Of a stretch of DNA of 23,108 bases, positions 8,660-17,087 are shown one piece after another. Source of the stretch: Chamaesiphon sp. (GTDB taxonomy: Bacteria; Cyanobacteriota; Cyanobacteriia; Cyanobacteriales; Chamaesiphonaceae). Below the pieces are notes generated by a model, which worked only from the letters and a program-made list of their open reading frames with translations, made no database searches and was not told where the DNA came from. The translations under genes and the position numbers were made by a program. Position 1 is the first letter of the stretch. Each line of letters starts with the position of its first letter. The DNA lies in assembly GCA_965246715.1 (NCBI GenBank), contig CBDFFH010000048.1, positions 1 through 23,108 on the forward strand, in the 5' to 3' direction.

Positions 8660-9164
8660 TCGTCATACCAATTTATTTGATGAGGGCGACAGAGATATCG
8701 TGAGGGTAGGCAAGAGGCAAAAGGCAAAAGGCTCGCCATTGTCATGAGTACAGTACAAGCTGCGATCGAGTTGTTTGTCAAGAAATCATGACATTTAATC
8801 TGACTGAAATGGCGCAAACCCGTCAAACCATCTAAATTAAGCGCGATCCCCCCTTGACGAACTTGGGTGAAATTTTGTTATATAGGTATATATACCGCAA
8901 TTAAGTTTGACTGTTAACTCAAAAGATAATTTATTTTTAGACTTAACTAGTTTCAATTAACTGCCAAATGTTTAATAAACATCATTTAGTCACATGAGAT
9001 CGAATTAATCACTCGATCGACGTAAATTCTAGAAATTTAATCGATAGTTCAAATTCAGTTAGTCGATCGACTAACTAAAACAACAGCAAACTTTACTAGA
9101 TGACAACAAGTGTGAATGCAAATCGATTGGATTTGTGATTTACACCCTACTCGGAGGTCGGATC

Positions 9165-10409
9165 GTGACGCCAGACAACTCATTAGAAGAAATGACGCTC
9201 AGACAGCTCCGCCGCGTGGCGAGTGCTTGTGGAGTCTCACGGTACAGCAGGATGCGGAAATCCCAACTCCTCGAAGAAATTCAGAAAATTCAGAGTACTC
9301 AGTCTACTCATACTCCATCTACACAATTAGAGGCACAATTAGCAGTGGAAGCAGGAAAATTTGAACTCGGAGTCGATGTCGATCTTACTGCTGCGGAATT
9401 AGCAAATGCAGATGAAGGATTGGGTGATTTACCCAGCGGTTACGGGGAAAGTCGGATCGTATTACTACCTCGCGATCCTCAGTGGGCTTATGCTTATTGG
9501 GATATCCCGATCGAACACAAAAATGAATTGCGCTATCATGGTGGACAACAATTAGCTTTACGTATTTATGATGTTACCGACATCAATCTAGAGCATCAAA
9601 GTCCCCACAGCATCCAAGAGTACCCAATCGATGAAATGGCGCGGGAATGGTATATCCCCATCCCCGTGAGCGATCGCGCTTACACGATCGATATCGGTTA
9701 TCGTTGTGGTGATGGTCGCTGGTTAGTTTTAGCTAGATCGGCATCTGTAAGTATTCCCCCTGTCTATCCCTCTGACTGGATCGAAGATATCTTCATCACT
9801 GTACCTTGGGAAGAAGAATTGGCAGGTCAAACCTTCGTCGAGCTCGTACCCCCCAGCCACAAAGCTGCTGCTGATGCTGATGCTGCTGATAGTACCGCAG
9901 GTGCAGCTCCTCAAGCCGGCAATGAAATTTACGATCGCATCTTCGGCATGGGCGAATCGACTCAAATGATGCGAATTAATGGTTCGCTCTATGGTTCGAT
10001 GCAGCACTCACCGTTAGAATCGGTTAGTTCCTTTGTCTTCCCCTCTGGAGCTGGGCTGTGGTCACTTCCTACCACTTCGGGCGTGAATATGTCTGGCGTG
10101 GGGATGTCTGGGATTGGGATGGAAATGGATCGCAACCGTCAATTCTGGTTGATTGCAGATGCCGAATTAATCGTCTACGGTGCAACCGAACCCGATGCGA
10201 CAGTTTCGATCGGCGGACGACAAATTAAGCTCAATCCTGATGGTACCTTCCGGTTCCAAATGTCCTTCCAGGATGGGAATATCGACTATCCGATCGTGGC
10301 TGTAGCCAAAGATGGCGAGCAACAACGCTCTGTCCACATGACATTCGATCGAGCTACCCCCTCACGCAATACTAATACTAAAGAGGAAGCTGTAGCTGAG
10401 TGGTTCTAA
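9165..10409 (+). CDS. DUF4912 domain protein with N-terminal Rho-termination-factor-N-like helical domain
   Basis: LEEMTLRQLR..A...GVSRYSRMRKSQL N-terminus, RIVLLPRDPQWAYAYWD, and FWLIADAELIVYGATEPDA. GTG at 9165 is preferred over 9135 because GGAGG lies at 9153-9157. Confidence 0.88.
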   Translation: MTPDNSLEEMTLRQLRRVASACGVSRYSRMRKSQLLEEIQKIQSTQSTHTPSTQLEAQLAVEAGKFELGVDVDLTAAELANADEGLGDLPSGYGESRIVLLPRDPQWAYAYWDIPIEHKNELRYHGGQQLALRIYDVTDINLEHQSPHSIQEYPIDEMAREWYIPIPVSDRAYTIDIGYRCGDGRWLVLARSASVSIPPVYPSDWIEDIFITVPWEEELAGQTFVELVPPSHKAAADADAADSTAGAAPQAGNEIYDRIFGMGESTQMMRINGSLYGSMQHSPLESVSSFVFPSGAGLWSLPTTSGVNMSGVGMSGIGMEMDRNRQFWLIADAELIVYGATEPDATVSIGGRQIKLNPDGTFRFQMSFQDGNIDYPIVAVAKDGEQQRSVHMTFDRATPSRNTNTKEEAVAEWF

Positions 10410-10440
10410 CTTCTTCAGTAAGTTCTAACCTAATTACTCT

Positions 10441-10482
10441 AAAATTAGCCCGTCGATCTTAGTGATTGGCGGGGCTAATTTT
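10441..10482. terminator. Bidirectional intrinsic terminator between convergent DUF4912 and DUF790 genes
   Basis: AAAATTAGCCC-GTCGATC / GATTGGC-GGGGCTAATTTT hairpin with A/T tracts on both sides. Confidence 0.8.
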
Positions 10483-10508
10483 TCTAGCGATCGGTAAAAA
10501 TTTTCCGT

Positions 10509-11741
10509 TCATTCGGACTTGGTTCGATCTAATATTTCTAATACTGACTTAGGTAATAATTTATCCTTGAACCAAATTACTTCGCACGGGAGATCGGCTG
10601 ATTTAACTCCAGCTTTTTCGAGATTCAAGCGTTCGGAAATCGCCAAAATGAGATTATTACAGCCAGACTTGCGCACTTGAGCGAATTTTTTCTGTAAATA
10701 TTCCGGTCGCCAATAACCGACAATTTCTAAAATATAACTGCGCCCATCGGGATGCACCAATCGAAAATCAGGAATCATCACACTGCCAGGAATCGGCAAT
10801 AGCTCTACTTCTCGCTCCAATTTCCATTCAGTTTTGAGCTTATCCCAGCGATCGGCAAAAGCAGCTTCGAGCAGACTATCATAAGATTTTCCTGGCGGAT
10901 AATGAGTTTCTAAACCACATTTATCGGTGAGACTATAACGCCCGACTTTAATATTTCCGGTGTAGAAATCTTTAGTTTGTAAAGTCGCACTCAAACTCCA
11001 TTTAGTCACATGTAGAATTGCCGGAATTAACTTCGCGATCGCCAATCCATAGCGCGTACTAGCTTTAAATAAACTAGTCGGCCCATCTACAAGGATGGTA
11101 AACCCATGGTCGGCATCACCTTCAATATAGGTCATCAATTGAAACAATTTTAAATAGCGAAATAACAGCTTATATTGCCCAGGTACATTGCGGTGAGCAT
11201 TAATAGTTAATTGACTCGCTCGATAAAATACCCCTTGAACTTGAGAGAGATTGTAGCGATGTAGTAAAGCCACCGGATCGGGTGCAATAAACTCAGTCAA
11301 AATCCGATTATCGGGTAAATCTGCATACAAACCCTGGGTAATTTGGGCAGGGAGAACTTCTTGATTTAATTCTTGGGAAAGATTGCTTGCTAAGGTGGCT
11401 AATGTCGCCTTACTATGGTCTACCGAGGGGCTAGCAGTAGCTGCGAGGGCATAAACACGTTCGCGGAGTGCTGAGGGCGAGAGCGGGCTAACAATCTCAA
11501 ATTTACTGAAGGTTTGACTCTTGAGTAAATGCGCGAATCCTCGCTTAGTCCGAAAATCGGGATTGTCTCCTTCTAGTTGCAACAGCATTTCATCTAACTG
11601 TGCTTGAGTACCGCCGACCATCGACTGAAAGCAATCGATGCTATCCATCGCCATCTGAAGATGATGAGCGTCGATTTCGATCCGTTTGGGGACGATTGAT
11701 TCGCCGCTGTATCGATAAATGAGTAGATCGCCTGGTAACAT
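10509..11741 (-). CDS. DUF790 family (Bax1-like) PD-(D/E)xK-type endonuclease
   Basis: RYNLSQVQG, LVDGPTSLF...TRYG, YDSLLE..FA and IPDF....ILEIVGYWRPEYL motifs. Confidence 0.88.
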   Translation of the reverse strand: MLPGDLLIYRYSGESIVPKRIEIDAHHLQMAMDSIDCFQSMVGGTQAQLDEMLLQLEGDNPDFRTKRGFAHLLKSQTFSKFEIVSPLSPSALRERVYALAATASPSVDHSKATLATLASNLSQELNQEVLPAQITQGLYADLPDNRILTEFIAPDPVALLHRYNLSQVQGVFYRASQLTINAHRNVPGQYKLLFRYLKLFQLMTYIEGDADHGFTILVDGPTSLFKASTRYGLAIAKLIPAILHVTKWSLSATLQTKDFYTGNIKVGRYSLTDKCGLETHYPPGKSYDSLLEAAFADRWDKLKTEWKLEREVELLPIPGSVMIPDFRLVHPDGRSYILEIVGYWRPEYLQKKFAQVRKSGCNNLILAISERLNLEKAGVKSADLPCEVIWFKDKLLPKSVLEILDRTKSE

Positions 11742-12168
11742 TGAGATTCGATCGTCAGGATAAATTTATTGTGACATTGTTCGCCGTTTGGCGTAAATTT
11801 GGCAAGACCTGTGGTCAAGATCGCTCTGAAGTTGGTCGATCTAGCTCACAATCTGTGTTAAATAAGATCGATCGGCAAGCTGCAACTATGGAACATTAAA
11901 TCGGAACTAGGTGTCTTCTTGAGCAGGACAGAATAGACATGGGTGAGTAAAAGCTGTGACGATCGCCATCGATCGCGCGATCGAATTTGACTGTCAATAG
12001 TTAGATGCTTAACCCGCTCGTTTACCCAACCAGCAGATTAACTTGGCTGACCGAGCATAAGAACTCTTTCTGGGTAATATACAAATACTGAGGATAAAAT
12101 TTAGCCTCTAAGCCTTAAACTAGTCTATTAACCACCGACACGACGACAACTAATTATATAAATCTTCT

Positions 12169-14016
12169 ATGAATACTGCTAGTTTGCGGATTTGCCTATA
12201 CAAAAGCCTGATCTTGGGTTTGGTGCCAGTATTGGCGATCGTCAATCTCCCAGCAAGTAGTTGGGCCATTCCCGCCAAGGCAAAGAAGAAGCCGCAGACT
12301 CCAGTCAAAGTTGCTAAGACAAAAAAGGCTGCTACCACTACATACCAAAGTAACAGTTTTGCTGACTCCTATACACTCGGCCCTGGAGATCGCTTGCGGG
12401 TAGATATCTTTAACGTTCCAGAATATAGTGGTGAATTTTACGTTTTAGGTGATGGTGCGATCAACCTCCCGGTTGTAGGTGCAATTCCGATTCAAGGACA
12501 GACCGTTCAAAAAGCATCTCAATTACTGACAGCTTATTTCTCTCGCTATGTGAAACGACCGATCGTGACGATTAGCGTTCTAGCCCCTCGTCCCGTTCAA
12601 TTTGCGATCGCTGGAGAAGTCACTAGGGCCGGCTCTTATACCGTGCCTTTTACCGCCGAAAATCGACGATTCCCGAGCATCAGCCAAGCTGTCCAACTGG
12701 CAGGTGGTACCACCCAAACGGCTAATTTACGTCAAATCCAGATTCGTCGCGCCGCCACTGGCAGAATCGCTTATGTGAACCTATTCGATCTGCTGCAACG
12801 GGGTAATAGTGGACAAGACATCACGCTGCGCGATGGCGATACAGTTTTTATTCCCCGTTCTGAGAACGTGAGTGCTGCCGATCGATTGCGATTATCTGGT
12901 TCTAACCTTGCCAATCAGGATGCCACTGTTAAAGTTGCGATCTTGGGTGAAGTTGGCAAGCCAGGTACATATACCCTCAAGGGCGAGACTGGTACTACTG
13001 CTGGTTCGACAGGTACTGCCATCGGTCGTGTCACTCCACCCACTCTGACTGAAGCAATTAAAACAGCAGGCGGAAGTACTGCATCGGCCGATCTCACACA
13101 GATCAAAGTCCGCCGCAATACTCGTACGGGTAGCGGTCAAACCGTAGCGATTAACTTGCTCAACCTGTTAAAATCTGGTGATTTTAGCCAAGACATCATT
13201 CTTCAAGATGGTGACACGATTCTCCTGCCCACTAGCACTACAGCGGGTGGAACGAATACTACCCTAGTTAATGCTTCTAACTTGGGTCCACAAGCGATCG
13301 CGCCCCCAAAAGTCGTCGTCGTGGGTGAAGTCAATCGTCCGGGGACTTATACAGTTAAGAGTGAGGGTAATACGACTAATAATAATACCCAACTAGCTGG
13401 GACTGTCGCTCTGCCCACGATCAGTAACGCGATTCAGTCAGCCGCAGGAATTAAACCTACTGCGGATATTCGCAAAATTCAACTAATTCGGACGACACGC
13501 AGTGGCGAACAGAAAATCGCCATCAATATGTTTAAGCTGATCCAAGAAGGAGATACCAGCCAGGATATTATTCTCCAAGAAGGCGATCGATTGTTTATTC
13601 CTGTCGCCCAGACTACTAATGCTCAAGATGTCGATCTGATCGCATCTTCGACGATCTCTCCTGGGACGATTAAGGTCAACGTCATCGGAGAAATAGCTCA
13701 AAAAGCTGGTAAAGGTGGCACGATCGAAGTACCATCCAATACAACTCTCAACCAAGCGCTATTAACCTCTGGTGGTTTTGATAACGTTCGGGCTAATAAG
13801 GGTGAGGTTGACTTCATTCGTCTCAACCCCAATGGTAGCGTCACTAAACGGATGATCAAGCTCGATTTCACTAAGGGCATCGATAACGATCGGAATCCCC
13901 GCCTGCAAAATAACGATACGATTGTGATCGGTCGGAATGGTCTGACCAGAATTGGTGATGGATTCAGTACGATTCTCACTCCATTCAATGGTCTGCTCAA
14001 TTTAATCAGATTCTAG
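12169..14016 (+). CDS. Polysaccharide export protein (Wza/KpsD-like, multiple SLBB domains)
   Basis: YTLGPGDRLRVDIF..PEYSG Poly_export domain, repeated (I/V).GEV..PG.Y ... A..AGG ... QDI.LQDGD SLBB units, and an N-terminal signal peptide. Confidence 0.92.
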   Translation: MNTASLRICLYKSLILGLVPVLAIVNLPASSWAIPAKAKKKPQTPVKVAKTKKAATTTYQSNSFADSYTLGPGDRLRVDIFNVPEYSGEFYVLGDGAINLPVVGAIPIQGQTVQKASQLLTAYFSRYVKRPIVTISVLAPRPVQFAIAGEVTRAGSYTVPFTAENRRFPSISQAVQLAGGTTQTANLRQIQIRRAATGRIAYVNLFDLLQRGNSGQDITLRDGDTVFIPRSENVSAADRLRLSGSNLANQDATVKVAILGEVGKPGTYTLKGETGTTAGSTGTAIGRVTPPTLTEAIKTAGGSTASADLTQIKVRRNTRTGSGQTVAINLLNLLKSGDFSQDIILQDGDTILLPTSTTAGGTNTTLVNASNLGPQAIAPPKVVVVGEVNRPGTYTVKSEGNTTNNNTQLAGTVALPTISNAIQSAAGIKPTADIRKIQLIRTTRSGEQKIAINMFKLIQEGDTSQDIILQEGDRLFIPVAQTTNAQDVDLIASSTISPGTIKVNVIGEIAQKAGKGGTIEVPSNTTLNQALLTSGGFDNVRANKGEVDFIRLNPNGSVTKRMIKLDFTKGIDNDRNPRLQNNDTIVIGRNGLTRIGDGFSTILTPFNGLLNLIRF

Positions 14017-14045
14017 GCGCGATTAAAATTACCGATCGCGAGTAC

Positions 14046-14076
14046 GGGGTAGAGGATAATTAATATTCTCTACCCC
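14046..14076 (+). terminator. Stem-loop downstream of the export gene (terminator or REP-like)
   Basis: GGGGTAGAG-GATA / TATT-CTCTACCCC inverted repeat followed by TGTTT. Confidence 0.65.
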
Positions 14077-14144
14077 TGTTTGCTAGCTACACGAGTAGCG
14101 ATCGAGGATAATAAGGATCTGGTCATCGATCCGGTTAAATTGAT

Positions 14145-14621
14145 ATGAATACGACTAACTTGCGAGATCTGTACCAACAGGTCATCCTCGAACACTATAA
14201 GAAGCCAAAACATCGAGGTACTACCAATCCAGTCGATCGCTATCAGAAAGGACACAATCCATCCTGTGGCGACACGATCGAACTGACACTCCAGTTAGAT
14301 AATAGCGGCGAACGAATTACCGATATCAAATTTGAAGGAGAAGGCTGCGCGATTGCCCTCGCTTCAGTCGATCTCATGGCTGGTGCTTTGGCAGGAAAAA
14401 CAATAGCTGAAGCTTTAGAGCTAGTCAAAACTTTTCAAGAAATGATGAAAGGCACCGCAGAATTTCCGAAAGAGCACCGCAAACTCAATGTGATGCAAGG
14501 TGTCGCTCAATTTCCCGTCAGAATTAAATGTGCTAACCTCGGTTGGCATACACTCAAAGCTGCACTCCAAATGACAGGTGAAGCTAAGATTGCCGATGTG
14601 ATTAGTAATGAGAATGAATAA
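14145..14621 (+). CDS. sufU: SUF-system NifU/IscU-family Fe-S assembly protein
   Basis: LYQQVILEHYKKP, NPSCGD, GEGCAI and FPVRIKCA with three conserved Cys and the SufU-type insertion. Confidence 0.92.
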   Translation: MNTTNLRDLYQQVILEHYKKPKHRGTTNPVDRYQKGHNPSCGDTIELTLQLDNSGERITDIKFEGEGCAIALASVDLMAGALAGKTIAEALELVKTFQEMMKGTAEFPKEHRKLNVMQGVAQFPVRIKCANLGWHTLKAALQMTGEAKIADVISNENE

Positions 14622-14650
14622 TGGCTAATCGCTAATCCCTCTCTCCGATC

Positions 14651-14678
14651 CCCTCATCCCTAATCCCTCATCCCTAAT
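14651..14678. repeat. Heptamer tandem repeat CCCT(C/A)AT, 4 copies, STRR-like
   Basis: Read directly: ccctcat ccctaat ccctcat ccctaat just before the ycf51 start. Confidence 0.8.
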
Positions 14679-14679
14679 C

Positions 14680-15201
14680 ATGATTACAACTGCTGAGTTT
14701 TTTAAATATTTTCAATGGTCGGGGATTGCTACCTTAGCATTTGCGGCAATCACAGTGTTAGCTTTAATTCTCAAGTGGGGTTTTCAATACCGGCTGGTAG
14801 GCGCAACGGGATTTATGGCAGTGATAACTGTCGGCTTATTAGGCTTGAGTTTTGTGCCGATCGTCCATAGTAATGTGCCTGGAGCTTTACGCTATTCCTT
14901 AATCTATGATAATGGTAGCGATCGAGCGACAATTGCTGTAGCTACCCCAATTAGCGAAGCTGGATTGGATGCGACTTTACGCCAAGCCGCAGCCGATTTA
15001 TACTCATATGGTCGATCGGGGCGAGTCGATCGACAACTCAAGATCCGCGCTCGGACGATCGTTCATCCACAGCCTGGCATCTCTGAACCACTAGTCTTGG
15101 GCGAAGTTGTTCGTTCGCTCGGAGGCGGGGAAGATAGTGAGTTAGCGATTCAGATCGATCGAACTAATTTGAGCAAAGTAGCTCGCACTAGTCACGTCTG
15201 A
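14680..15201 (+). CDS. ycf51: Ycf51 (DUF2518) family membrane protein
   Basis: Two N-terminal TM helices with WGF.YRLVGATGF, then YDNG and LRQAA.DLYSYGR...IRART..HP.PG.SEP. Its position after sufU matches recalled cyanobacterial synteny. Confidence 0.85.
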   Translation: MITTAEFFKYFQWSGIATLAFAAITVLALILKWGFQYRLVGATGFMAVITVGLLGLSFVPIVHSNVPGALRYSLIYDNGSDRATIAVATPISEAGLDATLRQAAADLYSYGRSGRVDRQLKIRARTIVHPQPGISEPLVLGEVVRSLGGGEDSELAIQIDRTNLSKVARTSHV

Positions 15202-15370
15202 GCGATCGAAATGAATATTTATGGGGAATAATATAAAAAGCGATCGAAATTTAGCAATTGCTCTGGATGACTGATGAGGAGCTGTGGAGATTTACCGCAA
15301 TTTTCAATCCTGGCGAATATTCCCGATCGGTTCGTTCAATTGAAATTTAAATATAAATCTGGTTAACTCT

Positions 15371-16399
15371 ATGAAGATTAATGATCTAAATTTACTTCAA
15401 CAAATTGTTAACTATCTAGAACAACATCAAGAAGCGGGTCGGATCAAAAAAATGCTGTACTGTCTGTGTACTAGCAGATGGGAAAAAGATGTTGACTATC
15501 TAAATTCAATTAATTCCCAGTACTTAATCGAGCAGATCGCCAGAGAGAATCAAACACTCGATCTATTTAGAGTCAGATTGCAAGAACTCGTTAAAACAGT
15601 TAACAAACCCAAGCATTATATTCAAGTTGCCAAAGTTATTTATCTGTCGATCGGGCAACTATACCCTGAATTCCAACAGGCACATGGCGGTGGTAAATCC
15701 CCAACAGCCTCACCACCAGTAAAAGCATCGATCGCTGGATCTGATGGTGCGGATCTCGATGCCAATGTAGATGGTACCGCCGATCGAGTTGTGGCGGTGC
15801 CGATTCAGCCTGCGGATATTGCCGAACCCACTCAGCCAAGATCTCTCAGTCAGAACGGTGCTGGAGCGATTACGCCCGAACCCACCCAACTAAAATATCT
15901 CAGCGAGAATGGTGAAGATCGGCATGGCGTTGCTGTAATTCAACGTATTGCCGAACCACTACCAACTCCACAACTTGAGTTAGAAACTCCTGTCAGCGAT
16001 GATGTAGATGAATCTGCATACGAAACTTATTGCGAACCAGAGGTGCCCACGGAGATGTCACCACTCGATCGACCGGAAGTTCTCGACTACGATCTATTTG
16101 TGTTGCGACAGAATGTGATGAGTTACACCAATCCGCTGCGCGCCAAAATGTTGCTGTTGGTGATGTTGTATCCGAATATGAACTTTGGCAGTCAATCAAC
16201 TGCCTCAATCCGCGAATACTATCTCGACGATCTACTCTTAGAAGTACTCAAAACCTATCCGACAATTCAGGATTTTGAAGAAAATATGACTTATGCTGTG
16301 GAGCAACTGATCGAAGTTGAAGAATACGGTAAAACAGCAACTGGATTGCTCCAATCTCTGTCATCAATTTATCTGCCCTCAAATTCAAATGTCAGATAA
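15371..16399 (+). CDS. Hypothetical protein: two related helical domains joined by a Pro/acidic linker
   Basis: 342-aa ORF with internal similarity between its N- and C-terminal ~100 aa. Confidence 0.8.
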   Translation: MKINDLNLLQQIVNYLEQHQEAGRIKKMLYCLCTSRWEKDVDYLNSINSQYLIEQIARENQTLDLFRVRLQELVKTVNKPKHYIQVAKVIYLSIGQLYPEFQQAHGGGKSPTASPPVKASIAGSDGADLDANVDGTADRVVAVPIQPADIAEPTQPRSLSQNGAGAITPEPTQLKYLSENGEDRHGVAVIQRIAEPLPTPQLELETPVSDDVDESAYETYCEPEVPTEMSPLDRPEVLDYDLFVLRQNVMSYTNPLRAKMLLLVMLYPNMNFGSQSTASIREYYLDDLLLEVLKTYPTIQDFEENMTYAVEQLIEVEEYGKTATGLLQSLSSIYLPSNSNVR

Positions 16400-16417
16400 T
16401 TTGGCAGTTAGATTGAG

Positions 16418-16435
16418 CTACGCTAATAAGCGTAG
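16418..16435 (+). terminator. Short hairpin, possible weak terminator
   Basis: CTACGCT-aata-AGCGTAG followed by GCTTT. Confidence 0.35.
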
Positions 16436-16459
16436 GCTTTAAAATAGGGCACGCTCGTT

Positions 16460-17059
16460 ATGGTCAGAACTGCATCAACAATGCTATCTTTAGGCGTGAG
16501 TGCGCCAGAGTTTAATCTCACTGATGTTGTGAGTGGATCGCAAATTTCGCTCGATACCTTTACTGGTAAACCAGCATTGCTGGTGATGTTTATTTCCGTT
16601 CACTGTCCGTTTGTCAAACACGTTCAAGCTCAATTAGCCCAAATTGGTCGAGATTATGGGGCAAAAGGTTTGGAGATCGTCGCAATTAGTTCTAATGATA
16701 TCGAGAAATATCCCGATGATGCTCCCGAACATTTACAGGCGCTAGCTCAGAGTGAAGGGTTTAATTTCCCCGTCTGTCCCGATCCGAGTCAATCAGTGGC
16801 TAAGGCTTATACTGCCGCTTGTACGCCTGATTTCTTTCTATTCGACGGCGATCGACATCTAGCCTATCGCGGCCAATTAGATGATAGTCGTCCTTCTAAT
16901 GGTAAACCAGTCACGGGGCAAGATTTACGCCACGCGATCGAGTTACTATTGGCAGGAAAGGATGTAGATGCCAATCAACGTCCCAGTATTGGTTGTAATA
17001 TCAAGTGGATTCCTGGCAACGAGCCAGAGTATTTTACCGGGATTAGAGCAGCAGATTAA
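16460..17059 (+). CDS. Thioredoxin-fold AhpC/TSA (peroxiredoxin-like) protein
   Basis: APEFNL, MFISVHCPFV, AACTPDFFLFD, YRGQLDDSRP and PSIGCNIKW motifs. Confidence 0.9.
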   Translation: MVRTASTMLSLGVSAPEFNLTDVVSGSQISLDTFTGKPALLVMFISVHCPFVKHVQAQLAQIGRDYGAKGLEIVAISSNDIEKYPDDAPEHLQALAQSEGFNFPVCPDPSQSVAKAYTAACTPDFFLFDGDRHLAYRGQLDDSRPSNGKPVTGQDLRHAIELLLAGKDVDANQRPSIGCNIKWIPGNEPEYFTGIRAAD

Positions 17060-17087
17060 GCCCGATCGAGTGGGGGATGGTGAGGCT

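Noticed and set aside
9116..9164. ORF 9116-9364 and the 9135 start for the DUF4912 gene
   Set aside because: The first is an out-of-frame shadow ORF; the RBS at 9153-9157 and the family N-terminus favour GTG 9165.
11770..11785. TGTGA-N6-TCGCC as a CRP/SyCRP1 site
   Set aside because: Second half-site matches TCACA at only 3 of 5 positions; no other support.
11594..11818. 74-aa minus-strand ORF as a remnant of an XPB helicase
   Set aside because: No helicase-like motifs; mostly overlaps DUF790 out of frame.
15271..15320. CTGATGAG followed by a weak stem, resembling a hammerhead ribozyme core
   Set aside because: No GAAA after the putative stem II and no convincing stems I/III.
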